The notes under the pieces: model-generated | Databases searched by the model: none | What the model was told of the DNA's origin: nothing | Seen by the model: only the letters and a program-made list of their open reading frames with translations | In this document: positions 18,965-28,398 of the stretch, one piece after another | Numbering within the stretch: position 1 is the first letter of the stretch | Layout: every line of letters starts with the position of its first letter | Assembly: GCA_023128895.1 (NCBI GenBank) | Contig: JAGMDC010000003.1 | Location: forward strand, 2,254-66,253 | Length of the DNA: 64,000 nt | Source: Candidatus Parcubacteria bacterium | GTDB taxonomy: Bacteria > Patescibacteriota > Minisyncoccia > Minisyncoccales > JAGMDC01 | Reading direction: 5' to 3' | Made by a program: the position numbers and the translations under genes

Positions 18965-20579
18965 ATTCTATGCAGGTCTTAACAAATTCACGGAATAAAG
19001 GGTGCGGGTGTAAAGGGCTTGATTTGAACTCTGGGTGAAACTGGGTTGCCACAAAAAATGGATGTTCTTTAATTTCTATAATTTCCACTAAATCTCTCTC
19101 TGGATTCACACCTGCCATCACTAATCCCTTGCTTTCTAATTTTCTACGAAATTCATTATTAAGTTCATATCTATGCCTGTGCCGCTCATAAATCAATTTT
19201 GATTTATACGCTTTCGCGCTAATTGTATTTGGTCTGAGCTCACATTCATATTCCCCTAACCGCATTGTGCCTCCGTATTTTTTTTCTTTAATTAAAATCT
19301 TTTGCTCAGGCATTACATCAATCACCGGAAATTTACAATCAGGAGACATTTCGTATGAATTTGCGTCTTTCAAGCCGCAGACATTTCTCGCAAATTCTAT
19401 TACTGCCAGTTGCATTCCTAAACATAGTCCCAAAAACGGGATTTTATTTTTTCTGCAAAATTCAATTACTTTTATTTTGCCTTCCACTCCCCTAACCCCG
19501 AATCCTCCCGGAACTATTATCCCATCGTATTGTTTTAATTCTTTCAACGCAGAAGATTTTTTTTCGTATTTACTGCTTAAAAGCCAATGAATTTCTGGTT
19601 TTTTGTCATTAGCCCAGGAAGCGTGCTTAATTGCTTCAATAACAGAAATATACGAATCCTGCAAAACAAATTTTCCGGTTTCAAAATATTTTCCAACTAT
19701 CCCGATTTTTACAACCTGAGTAGCTGTTTTGCTTGTATTTACAAATTTCTTCCAATCTTTCAGGTCGCCTTTGTTTCTGCTTCTTAAATTAAATTTTTTC
19801 AGAATTCTGGCGCTTAATCCATCTTTCTCAAAATTAATCGGAACTTCATAAATTGATTTAATATCAGGCGCGGAAATTACATTTTTTTCCGGCACATTGC
19901 AGAAAATTGAAATTTTTCTTTTGCGCGGCTTGTCCAACGCGACAGACGACCTGGCTAAAATCATATCCGGCTGAATCCCGGCGGAATTAAGAGTCCGCGC
20001 GGAATATTGGGTGGGCTTTGTTTTCATCTCCCCTGTTACGCCAGGCACTGGCAAATAACTTACTAAAATAAAAAAAACATCTTGCGGGCGTTGTAATCTT
20101 ATCATTCTCGCGGCTTCCAAGAAAAGCATATTTTGATACTCCCCCACTGTGCCGCCGATTTCAATCAAAACAAAATCGGCTTTAGAAATTTTAGCCGCTT
20201 TTTTTATTCTGCGAATCACTTCATTGGGAATGTCAGGTACTACTTCCACGCATCTTCCGTTATATTCCAAATTTCTTTCTTTCTCTATTACTGTTTTATA
20301 GACCCTGCCTGTCGTTATATAATTGTCTGTTGTTGACTCTATATCCAAAAATCTTTCATAATTCCCTATATCCTGGTCGCATTCCACGCCGTCTTTGGTA
20401 ACAAAAACCTCTCCGTGCTCAACAGGATTCATAGTGCCAGCGTCAATATTTATATAAGGGTCAATCTTTACGGCAACAACCTTAAATCCTTTGCTCTGCA
20501 AAATTCTTCCAATAGACGCAGTGGCTATTCCTTTTCCTATACCTGACATTACGCCGCCAGCTACAAAAATGTACTTCAT
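18963..20579 (-). CDS. pyrG: CTP synthase
   Basis: N-terminal GGVMSGIGKG and C-terminal glutamine amidotransferase motifs GLCLGMQ and HRHRYE. Confidence 0.95.
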   Translation of the reverse strand: MKYIFVAGGVMSGIGKGIATASIGRILQSKGFKVVAVKIDPYINIDAGTMNPVEHGEVFVTKDGVECDQDIGNYERFLDIESTTDNYITTGRVYKTVIEKERNLEYNGRCVEVVPDIPNEVIRRIKKAAKISKADFVLIEIGGTVGEYQNMLFLEAARMIRLQRPQDVFFILVSYLPVPGVTGEMKTKPTQYSARTLNSAGIQPDMILARSSVALDKPRKRKISIFCNVPEKNVISAPDIKSIYEVPINFEKDGLSARILKKFNLRSRNKGDLKDWKKFVNTSKTATQVVKIGIVGKYFETGKFVLQDSYISVIEAIKHASWANDKKPEIHWLLSSKYEKKSSALKELKQYDGIIVPGGFGVRGVEGKIKVIEFCRKNKIPFLGLCLGMQLAVIEFARNVCGLKDANSYEMSPDCKFPVIDVMPEQKILIKEKKYGGTMRLGEYECELRPNTISAKAYKSKLIYERHRHRYELNNEFRRKLESKGLVMAGVNPERDLVEIIEIKEHPFFVATQFHPEFKSSPLHPHPLFREFVKTCIE

Positions 20580-20582
20580 ATT

Positions 20583-21029
20583 TTAATCTTCGGAGTTTAT
20601 TATTATTTTAACTTCTGCTTCAAGATTATGTTCAAATTTAATGTTTATTGAAAATTCTCCTAATTCCTTGATTGGCTCATTCAAATCAATTTGGCTTGCG
20701 TCAACATTAATGCCTAATTCTTTTATTTTATCAGAAATTTTTTGCGTTGTGATGGATTCGAAAAGTTGTCCCTTATCACCTGTTTTAACTGGAATAATCA
20801 CTTCCAACCCGTCTATCGCGGAGGCCCTTGTTTCTGTTTTTTTCAAATCCTCTTCCGCTTTCCCCGCTATTATTTGTTTTTGCCCTTCAAGCCATTTCAT
20901 ATTTTTCTTATCAGCGATTTTTATCAAATTTTTCGGTATTAAAAAATTTCTGGCATAGCCGTCTTTAACTTCTTTCACATCGTATTTTTTTCCCAATTTA
21001 TCTACATCTTCTAATAATATAATCTTCAT
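20583..21029 (-). CDS. rplI: 50S ribosomal protein L9
   Basis: MKIILLEDVDKLGKKYDVKEVKDGYARNFLIPK. Confidence 0.9.
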   Translation of the reverse strand: MKIILLEDVDKLGKKYDVKEVKDGYARNFLIPKNLIKIADKKNMKWLEGQKQIIAGKAEEDLKKTETRASAIDGLEVIIPVKTGDKGQLFESITTQKISDKIKELGINVDASQIDLNEPIKELGEFSINIKFEHNLEAEVKIIINSED

Positions 21030-21059
21030 TAATATTTTAAGTTTTGGCTTTTCATTATC

Positions 21060-22244
21060 TTACTTCATTTCTCTAAGAATTTCAATAGCCCTGTCTAATT
21101 GCGGGTCTTTATCCTGTTCAAAATCCTGCTCAGTTATTTCTACTTTAATATCAGGGTCCAAGCCATTGTCTGTAATTTGGTCTCCTTTAGGCGTAAGCCA
21201 GCTCGCGACAGTAACTTTAAGAGAACCCTGTCTCAATTTTGTTAATTCCTGCACAGTGCCCTTTCCAAATGATTTTTCTCCAACCAATAATATCCCCCTG
21301 TTGTCTCTTAACGCGCCGGCAAGGATTTCCGAGCCGGAAGCAGAACCCTGATTGATTAAAATCACTATTGGAAAAGATAAAAATTTTGCCGGACCCTTTG
21401 CCTTATATTCTTTTGCCTTCCGCTTCTCTCCAAAATCTTCTATAGTCACTATTTGCCCTTTTTCTATAAACCATCCTGCAATATTTTGCGCTACTTGCAA
21501 ATAGCCGCCTGGATTGTTCCGCAAGTCAAGAATTATTTTTCGCGCTGAAGAATTTATGACCTCAGACGCGGCATCCGCGAAATCATCACCTGCTGTGCCG
21601 GAAAAATGATGAATCTTGATATAAGCAATGTCATCATCTTTAAATTCCAATGTAACAGACGGTATTTTAATTATATCCCTGATAATTCTAATTTCTTTGG
21701 TATCTCCCCACTCTTCCCTGTAAATTGTAAAGCAAACCTCGCTTCCTTGAGGTCCCCTTATAATTTTCACTGCTTTGTCTATTGTCATATCAATAGTTGA
21801 TGTTTCGCCCACTTTAAGTATTTTATCCCCTGGCCTTAATCCGGCTTTCTGCGCCGGAGTGCCGTCTAAAGGCGCGATAACCGTAAGCTGGTTGTCTTTG
21901 ATTGCTATTTCCATCCCAACACCCTGGAATTCTCCGCTCACATCCTCTTCAAAAATTTTAGCGTCTTCCGGGTCAAGAAAAACAGTATAAGGATCGTCCA
22001 GCCTGTCTACCATTCCGGAAATAGCGCCATAAATCATCTGGTCATTGTCAAATTTTTCCGTATCAACATATTTCTCTTTCAAAATATTATACGCTTCCCA
22101 AAAAAGAGACATATCTAAATCGTCTGAAGGAGAAATTTTGGTTTTGCCCTCAATTTCGCCAAAATAAAATCCAACAGAAAAACCAACATACAAAACTGCT
22201 ATGATTGAGACCAATATAATTATTGTTTTTGTTTTGCCTGTCAT
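21060..22244 (-). CDS. S41-family carboxy-terminal processing peptidase with PDZ domain
   Basis: TM anchor, PDZ domain (GLRPGDKILKV), and S41 core GSASGSEILAGAL...GEKSFGKG. Confidence 0.85.
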   Translation of the reverse strand: MTGKTKTIIILVSIIAVLYVGFSVGFYFGEIEGKTKISPSDDLDMSLFWEAYNILKEKYVDTEKFDNDQMIYGAISGMVDRLDDPYTVFLDPEDAKIFEEDVSGEFQGVGMEIAIKDNQLTVIAPLDGTPAQKAGLRPGDKILKVGETSTIDMTIDKAVKIIRGPQGSEVCFTIYREEWGDTKEIRIIRDIIKIPSVTLEFKDDDIAYIKIHHFSGTAGDDFADAASEVINSSARKIILDLRNNPGGYLQVAQNIAGWFIEKGQIVTIEDFGEKRKAKEYKAKGPAKFLSFPIVILINQGSASGSEILAGALRDNRGILLVGEKSFGKGTVQELTKLRQGSLKVTVASWLTPKGDQITDNGLDPDIKVEITEQDFEQDKDPQLDRAIEILREMK

Positions 22245-22249
22245 ATTCT

Positions 22250-22460
22250 TATAATGAGAGTGTAGAATAATATCTTTCGCCCGCCCGCATCGCTACGCGA
22301 AGCGTTGCGGGCGGGTAGCGAGAGTTTCAAAATTTGAGGCAAATTTTTCAAATAATTTTTGAAACCTGTATAGAATACAAGTTGAGAAAATTTTTGGGAA
22401 ATTTGACCAAATTTTGGAAGTCGCAGCAGAAAGGATATTGTTCTACACTCTCATAATAGC
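22250..22460. repeat. family-B long-hairpin element, copy B2, carrying a nested 36-bp GC-rich palindrome
   Basis: Terminal inverted repeats tataatgagagtgtagaataatatctttc / gaaaggatattgttctacactctcataata. The interior matches B1 except for an insertion at 22280..22315. Confidence 0.8.
22280..22315. repeat. family-C 36-bp GC-rich palindromic mini-element nested in B2
   Basis: cccgcccgcatcgctacgcgaagcgttgcgggcggg lies between ctttcg and tagcgag, which are contiguous in B1. Confidence 0.85.
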
Positions 22461-22467
22461 AAATTTC

Positions 22468-23511
22468 TTACAATTTATCCACTATTTTTCCGAACTTTTG
22501 CGCTATTATTTTTGCTTTTTCAATCAGCGTTTTTATTTCAAAATTGACTAATAAAAGGATGCCCAATCCTGTTATTGTCAGCATAACGCATCTTACAATC
22601 AAAGAAAATGCGATACCAGTGTCAGAGCCCAATCCGAAAATAGAAAAAATAAAAGCCTGGCTCCATTCAAAACTCCCTAAAGACGCTGGAATAGGAATAA
22701 TAGACACAAGATGTATTAAAGCGTTAATAGAAACTACTTCCCAAATACACAAATATTTTTTCAAAAATATTATTATCAGCCAATAACTCAAAATTAATAA
22801 TAAAATTTCTATTACAGACAGAATACAAGCGTTAATAACTTTACCCCTTTGCTCTTTGAAAAAATCAGAAATTTCCTGCTCTATTTCATTTATCTTTGGT
22901 TTTATTCCGTTCACTATATCTATTTTATCTAAACACAAGGTCTCAATAAAAAAGACGAAAAACCCCTTTTTGCTTTTGTTGTTTATTGTCTTGGAATAAA
23001 AAATATAAAGTATAAATAAGCAAAAAATAATTAAAGCGACGAGCAAAACAATGAAATATAACGGTAAAGTAAAATGAGCGAGAAGCAATACAACCCCTAG
23101 AACAGCGAACACAAAACTCACAGACAGAAAAATAACTTCTTCTATAACAATGGAAGTTAGTCCTTTGTCTATCGGAACCTTGGCTCTTGCTTTTAACACA
23201 AGCGCTTTGAACGGTTCGCCGCCGGCAAACATTACTGGCGTAAGATAATTTATGCTATGGCCGATAAACTTTGCTATAAAAATATCAGAAAACCGGACAG
23301 GAGATGAATGTTGTGTATCTAATATTATTTTCCAGCGCAAAGCGCCTATTACGAGGCCGAATAAAAATAATCCGAGTATAAGAGAAATCTGCCATACATC
23401 AAATCCTGATAAAACAGAAAATATATTTTCCAAGCCAACTTTTTTTAAGGCAATAAAAAAAAGGATAAATCCGATTATGAGAGACGCGCTTAAAAAAATA
23501 ATTTTTTTCAT
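22468..23511 (-). CDS. polytopic membrane protein, flippase-like / LPG-synthase-TM-like (UPF0104-type)
   Basis: About 8 TM helices. Overall organisation resembles the UPF0104 family. The assignment is by resemblance only. Confidence 0.45.
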   Translation of the reverse strand: MKKIIFLSASLIIGFILFFIALKKVGLENIFSVLSGFDVWQISLILGLFLFGLVIGALRWKIILDTQHSSPVRFSDIFIAKFIGHSINYLTPVMFAGGEPFKALVLKARAKVPIDKGLTSIVIEEVIFLSVSFVFAVLGVVLLLAHFTLPLYFIVLLVALIIFCLFILYIFYSKTINNKSKKGFFVFFIETLCLDKIDIVNGIKPKINEIEQEISDFFKEQRGKVINACILSVIEILLLILSYWLIIIFLKKYLCIWEVVSINALIHLVSIIPIPASLGSFEWSQAFIFSIFGLGSDTGIAFSLIVRCVMLTITGLGILLLVNFEIKTLIEKAKIIAQKFGKIVDKL

Positions 23512-23528
23512 GTCAAAGATTCAAGATT

Positions 23529-24140
23529 TTAAAGAATAGCTATAAATTTTTCTTTATTTTTGCCTAAAAATATAATTTTCTTGGGGCTAAACTCCTGAAG
23601 ATACTCGTGCAATTCTTCTTCATCGGCAAAACCCCATTTTATCCTTTGCGCCAGAGGATTAATCCCGTCATTATCGCCTAAAAATTTATCAAAAATTTCA
23701 TAAACGCAAAAAGGCGTTCTCTTACTGTTAAATTTTAATCCTGTTCTTGGCTCAGTAACAATAAGTTTCTTTGTTCTTTCTTTTGCTTCCCTAATAAGCT
23801 CTTTATCCCGAGGAATAATATGGTGCAGAACATCTGATATTACAATTACATCATTGTCTGGATAATCGTCAAAATCAAAAATATTTTTTTGAAACACCTC
23901 CAGTCCCCTTTTACAACAGTCATCAACAAAATTTTTATTCAAATCCCAGCCAATATAAGAACATCCCTGCTTCAAATAATCGGCTAAAAAGGCTGTGCCG
24001 CACCCTATTTCAAAAACTTTCTTGTTTTTTCCAATAATTTCTGCTATACGCAAAAATTTCTTTTCAGATATGCCCCTGTCCACTATAGAGATAAGAATAT
24101 TATATGTTCTGGCAAATTTGTAAGAAACTGAACTTTTCAT
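23529..24140 (-). CDS. class I SAM-dependent methyltransferase
   Basis: Motif I VFEIGCGTAFLADYL and the post-I acidic residue. The ATG at 24140 is preferred over the track start at 24182. Confidence 0.7.
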   Translation of the reverse strand: MKSSVSYKFARTYNILISIVDRGISEKKFLRIAEIIGKNKKVFEIGCGTAFLADYLKQGCSYIGWDLNKNFVDDCCKRGLEVFQKNIFDFDDYPDNDVIVISDVLHHIIPRDKELIREAKERTKKLIVTEPRTGLKFNSKRTPFCVYEIFDKFLGDNDGINPLAQRIKWGFADEEELHEYLQEFSPKKIIFLGKNKEKFIAIL

Positions 24141-25296
24141 AATTTTTTTTCTTTTTCTTTTGCGTTTTTTTATAACAATCAACCAATTTTTTTGCGGATT
24201 TTTCTACTGAATAATCTTTAACTGTTTTTATTGCGTTTTCTGAAACTTTTTTTCTCAAATCAGAATTTTTTATTAACTTTGAAACCGTTCTACTGAATTC
24301 ATCTATATTTTGGGAGCATAAAAAGCCGTTTTGTTTATGCGTGATTATATCTTTGGCTCCGTTTGCCTTTACAGCGACAACAGGCAATCCGCTTGCCATT
24401 GCTTCTGTTAATACCGTTGGCTGGACTTCAGCCAATGAACTGAAAACAAATATATCGCCGGCAGAATAATAAAAAGGTATTTCTTGGCTGGATATTTCGC
24501 CAGCAAATATAACTTTTCTTTTAAGCCCAAATCTATCGCTTTTATGCTCTAAAAATTTCTTAGAAGGGCCGTCGCCCGCTAACATAAAATACGCGTTGGG
24601 ATGCTTATTCATAATCCTTTGAAACGATTTTAATAAAAATAAAAGATTCTTTTCAGGGCCCAAACGCGAAACAGTAAGCAAAAGCATGCTATCTTTGCCT
24701 AAATTATATTTTTCGCGCATAACCTGCGGATTGTTTCCCGAAAATTTTTTTAAATCAATCCCTGACGGAATAATTGTTATTGGCGTTTTTACTTTGTATT
24801 TTAAAAGCAAATTTTTGATATCTTCTGTAGGCGCAATTACTGCGTCGCAAGTATCAGCAAAAAAAGCGCAAAGCAGTTGCGCTAACGGCTTGCTGATTTC
24901 TCTTGGTATAATGGGCACATAATCAGTAGAAAGGTCGTCGTAACGGGTATGATGCGTAAATATTAATGGTATATTGAATTTCTTGGAGTAATACCAGGCA
25001 ATCTGTCCGCAAACTAAAAAATGCTGCGCGTGGATAATATCTAAATTTAATTTTTTAATAATCCTTCCAATGCGCGGAGAAAAAATCACAGGCAATGGAT
25101 ATGATGTTTTAAAGCGGAGGTCAATTGACTTAAATCGAAAAACCCTGGGGTTGTTGTCTTTGTAATTCTTATATTCTGCCGCAAAAATATAAACTTGATG
25201 CCCTTGTTTCTCTAATTCTTTTCTGTAATTCTCAATAGCGGTTATCACTCCGCTCACCCCGGGCAGATAAATATTGGTAAAAATTCCTATTTTCAT
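24100..25296 (-). CDS. GT4-family (GT-B) glycosyltransferase
   Basis: N-terminal MKIGIFTNIYLPGVSGV and C-terminal EVQPTVLTEAMASGLPVVA (EX7E-type). Confidence 0.8.
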   Translation of the reverse strand: MKIGIFTNIYLPGVSGVITAIENYRKELEKQGHQVYIFAAEYKNYKDNNPRVFRFKSIDLRFKTSYPLPVIFSPRIGRIIKKLNLDIIHAQHFLVCGQIAWYYSKKFNIPLIFTHHTRYDDLSTDYVPIIPREISKPLAQLLCAFFADTCDAVIAPTEDIKNLLLKYKVKTPITIIPSGIDLKKFSGNNPQVMREKYNLGKDSMLLLTVSRLGPEKNLLFLLKSFQRIMNKHPNAYFMLAGDGPSKKFLEHKSDRFGLKRKVIFAGEISSQEIPFYYSAGDIFVFSSLAEVQPTVLTEAMASGLPVVAVKANGAKDIITHKQNGFLCSQNIDEFSRTVSKLIKNSDLRKKVSENAIKTVKDYSVEKSAKKLVDCYKKTQKKKKKNYEKFSFLQICQNI

Positions 25297-26114
25297 GCTT
25301 TATCAATCTTGAACGCTTTTACAATATTTTCTCCATTCATAAATTTATAATTTTTAGTTTTCAGAAAATAAATCATTTTATCCAAGATTTTAACAAACCG
25401 ATTCCCGCAATTCTTAGATTTTATGCCTCTAAAAAATACAGAATCCCAGGAATGCATAGTCAGACAAATAAACATTGGAGCGCGGACTTTGAAAAGGTCT
25501 TTATATGTGGCAAATGGAATATATCTTAAAAAACTGCCCCATAAAGGAACTCCTAAAACCAACCCGCTCACTGGAATTTCTAAAATTTTCATATCTCCTT
25601 TCTTTCTGCAATTACTGCGCGATGGATAATAAGGCGTTAAAGGAGCTTTCTTTCTATAACCGCGGTATTTTATAAAAAACGGAAAACGAGGAACAATACT
25701 GCTGTCATATAAAAATCCCTTGTTCTCCAATAGTTTCATTTGTTCTTTATCAATGATATGGGACGGAGCGCGAAATCCGCAGGGCATTTTCTTAAAAATT
25801 TTTTTATAAACATTAATATAATCTTCCAAGTCCTGCTCTCTCTCATCTTTGCTCATGGTGTTTAAAAAATTGTGCGCAAAACTATGGCTGGCAATTTCAT
25901 ATTTTTTTGACCATTGTTTGGCTAATTCTGGAAATCTTTCCAGCGCTTGTCCCGTCACAAACAAAGTGGCCGGAATATTGTGGTTGTCAAAAACATTTAA
26001 AATTTTTTCTAAATTTTCAACGCCCTCCCAAGTTCTTTGATGCAATGGTTTAAGAGGATGATTGCGGTCATCTTCAACATCAACCGAAACAAAACAAACC
26101 TTTTTTGTTGCCAT
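25293..26114 (-). CDS. polysaccharide deacetylase (NodB/CE4-like)
   Basis: FVSVDVEDD and SHSFAH metal-binding motifs. The ATG at 26114 is preferred, which avoids overlap with the next gene. Confidence 0.7.
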   Translation of the reverse strand: MATKKVCFVSVDVEDDRNHPLKPLHQRTWEGVENLEKILNVFDNHNIPATLFVTGQALERFPELAKQWSKKYEIASHSFAHNFLNTMSKDEREQDLEDYINVYKKIFKKMPCGFRAPSHIIDKEQMKLLENKGFLYDSSIVPRFPFFIKYRGYRKKAPLTPYYPSRSNCRKKGDMKILEIPVSGLVLGVPLWGSFLRYIPFATYKDLFKVRAPMFICLTMHSWDSVFFRGIKSKNCGNRFVKILDKMIYFLKTKNYKFMNGENIVKAFKIDKA

Positions 26115-26137
26115 ATTCTTGAGACCGGTTTTCGCCG

Positions 26138-26338
26138 CTATTTCTCGACGAATTCCCAGAATTTTTTCATTACTCTGTGCGTTCTGAATTTCCATTCATA
26201 TCTTAAAACTATAATCCAGACGCCGAGCAAAATCAGGACTAAAGGCCAAATTATGCCAAAAAGATCCCCGGTAATAATACCAAGGTTTTTCAGCAAAAAA
26301 ATCACGCCTAAAATAATGAGAAGGAAAGCAAAAAACAT
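26138..26338 (-). CDS. small two-TM membrane protein
   Basis: A 66-aa protein with two hydrophobic helices (FFAFLLIILGVIFLL and IIWPLVLILLGVWIIVL). Confidence 0.45.
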   Translation of the reverse strand: MFFAFLLIILGVIFLLKNLGIITGDLFGIIWPLVLILLGVWIIVLRYEWKFRTHRVMKKFWEFVEK

Positions 26339-26400
26339 ATTATCCCATTATATGAAAAAAAGCAGAACAAGTAAATACTTATCCTCAATTTACAATTTTG

Positions 26401-26471
26401 TACCCCCAGAAGGAATCGGACCCTCGTTAACTGCTTAAAAGGCAGCTGCTCTACCACTGAGCTATGGGGGC
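26401..26471 (-). tRNA. tRNA-Lys (anticodon UUU), no encoded CCA
   Basis: Hand-folded cloverleaf: GCCCCCA TA GCTC AGTGGTA GAGC A GCTGC CTTTTAA GCAGT TAAC GAGGG TCCGATT CCTTC TGGGGGT A. It has a G1-U72 pair, and the T-loop reads TCC rather than TTC. Confidence 0.75.
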
Positions 26472-26516
26472 GTAAAAACGTTTGACGCACTTTAATTCAT
26501 TCTAATTCATTTTAAT

Positions 26517-26753
26517 TCATTTTGCGAAATCGTCAAGTTTGACGCTGAAAATTTTGTTTCGCGTTTTGAAGCCTTTGATGAGTTTGATGTTTGATTCTGG
26601 AATTTTGAAAAATTCGGACAAAATTCTTATCACTTCATTATTTGCCCTGCCCATTATTGGTTTTTCTTTCACTTTAATCTCAAAAACATCTTCTGATTTT
26701 TGAATTACTTCCTGTTTTCCAGTATTTACAAAAATTTTAACTTTAACAAGCAT
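26517..26753 (-). CDS. DUF167 (YggU) family protein
   Basis: A 78-aa protein. The pattern KVKEKPIMGRANNEVIRILSEFFKIP...IKLIKGFKTRNKIFSV matches the YggU pattern. Confidence 0.75.
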   Translation of the reverse strand: MLVKVKIFVNTGKQEVIQKSEDVFEIKVKEKPIMGRANNEVIRILSEFFKIPESNIKLIKGFKTRNKIFSVKLDDFAK

Positions 26754-26820
26754 TATCTCATCCTACCAAAAAATCGCGTTTATAGCGAGATAAAGCAAAA
26801 AAAAATTGGGTCGAATTTCT

Positions 26821-27246
26821 TCAACCCGCTTGGTGCGCTGTTTGAGTGTCGTTGGCTATCTTTACATCAACTATATATAAACTTCCATCAAGTGTGCCTA
26901 CCTCGGCAGTTACCTTGTGAATTTTTCCAACTTCCCAAATAAAGTCTTCTGCATGTTTTGCGCAAAAAACCGTCTTATTTTCTCCGTCTTGGAAAACAAG
27001 GATATCGGGATTGTTATAATTAAAAGTGATTTCAATCAGTCTTCCAATTATCACGGTTTTTTCGTACCCAAAACTCTTCTCGGTAACTACGCTCACTTCT
27101 TTCTGGCTTTGATTTGACCAAGTATTATTCATATCTATACTGACTGTCTTTGTTTCTTCCGCTTCATCAATGCAGCCCATAGTCAAAGCGACGCCAAATA
27201 CCACTATTACAAGCAATACTGCTGTTTTCTTTTCCATTTTTTTCAC
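26821..27246 (-). CDS. putative lipoprotein
   Basis: Signal peptide with a lipobox-like sequence, VALTMGC. Confidence 0.5.
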   Translation of the reverse strand: MKKMEKKTAVLLVIVVFGVALTMGCIDEAEETKTVSIDMNNTWSNQSQKEVSVVTEKSFGYEKTVIIGRLIEITFNYNNPDILVFQDGENKTVFCAKHAEDFIWEVGKIHKVTAEVGTLDGSLYIVDVKIANDTQTAHQAG

Positions 27247-27336
27247 CTCCCTTTTATTCTTTCCTTATTCTTTTTTTAATTTGATGAGTTTTTTCATCAT
27301 CTCCAATTCAAATATTAACACATTTCCAAAAAATTG

Positions 27337-28398
27337 TCAACCCAATAAGCGGATTGCGACGCCGACAATTGCGAGAACAATGCCAATAATCCAAAACCGC
27401 ATAGTGATTTGCTCCGGCTTCCAGCCAATTGCTTCAAAATGATGATGTATGGGAGTTGAAAGCCAAATCTTTTTTTTGCGAAATTTCTTGGATAAAAGCT
27501 GTAAAATCACGGACCCGGTTTCAAGAAGCAAGACCCCGCCAATAATAGGCAGGACAATTAAAGAATCAGTCAAAAACGCCACAACAGCCAGAGTGCTTGT
27601 AAGCCCTAACATGCCTGTCTCGCCCATATAAAATCTTGCCGGGGGTATGTTAAACCACAAAAAAGCGAATAAAGTGCCTACTATGGCAATACAAAACGCG
27701 GCTAAATCAACTTTTCCCTGGGAAAACGCTATTATTGAAAAAGCGCCGAAAATTGACGCGAATACGCCGCCTGCCAAGCCGTCTAATCCGTCAACCACTC
27801 CGCTGCTCCAGCACGCAAGCATTGTTATAATAAACAAAATTACATATCCAAAGCCCAAAGAAAAATCGCCGACTAATGGAATATGAACAGAATCCCATCC
27901 TAATTTATAGAAAAACCACCAAGCGCCAATAGCGCCAATAGCGCCAACCATCAGCATCCGCATTTTGAAAGTTATGCCGCCGGCGATATATTTCCCTTTC
28001 CCAATCACCTGTAAAATATCGTCTGACAATCCCACCAGGGACGCGGTTATCAAAGTAAACAAGGGAAGCCAGGTTTCTCCCCGCGAAAAAAAATTCAAGG
28101 ACTTAAGCCACCAAATATCCGTGAATTTTCCGAGCAAATAAAAAACAGCGAAAACAGCTACAACTGAAATCCAAATTATTAATCCCCCACCGCGCGGCAC
28201 AGTTGTTTCCCGCTCTTTATGCAAAGAATAAAAAACCTCTGCTTTGTCTCCAGTGATTGTTTTAGTCCGCGCTTGTTTTTTCCAAAATTTAATTCTGTGA
28301 AGAAATCTAATTAAAATCGGAGCGCAGGAAACCGCAATTATCGCGGAAGAAAAAGAAATCAAAAAAATTTTAATAATATTGAAAGTAAAAAGCGTCAT
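27337..28398 (-). CDS. mraY: phospho-N-acetylmuramoyl-pentapeptide transferase
   Basis: A 10-TM protein with SDDILQV, DGLDGLA and NIPPARFYMGETG motifs. Confidence 0.85.
   Translation of the reverse strand: MTLFTFNIIKIFLISFSSAIIAVSCAPILIRFLHRIKFWKKQARTKTITGDKAEVFYSLHKERETTVPRGGGLIIWISVVAVFAVFYLLGKFTDIWWLKSLNFFSRGETWLPLFTLITASLVGLSDDILQVIGKGKYIAGGITFKMRMLMVGAIGAIGAWWFFYKLGWDSVHIPLVGDFSLGFGYVILFIITMLACWSSGVVDGLDGLAGGVFASIFGAFSIIAFSQGKVDLAAFCIAIVGTLFAFLWFNIPPARFYMGETGMLGLTSTLAVVAFLTDSLIVLPIIGGVLLLETGSVILQLLSKKFRKKKIWLSTPIHHHFEAIGWKPEQITMRFWIIGIVLAIVGVAIRLLG

Noticed and set aside
26037-26490. ORFs 26037..26438 (+) and 26308..26490 (-).
   Set aside because: They overlap the deacetylase gene, the small membrane protein gene and the tRNA-Lys gene, and they have no protein-like features.
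26491-26520. Three tandem copies of a 10-bp unit, t(t/c)taattcat.
   Set aside because: It is a short AT-rich microsatellite-like repeat at a gene end. Such repeats are expected by chance in DNA this AT-rich.
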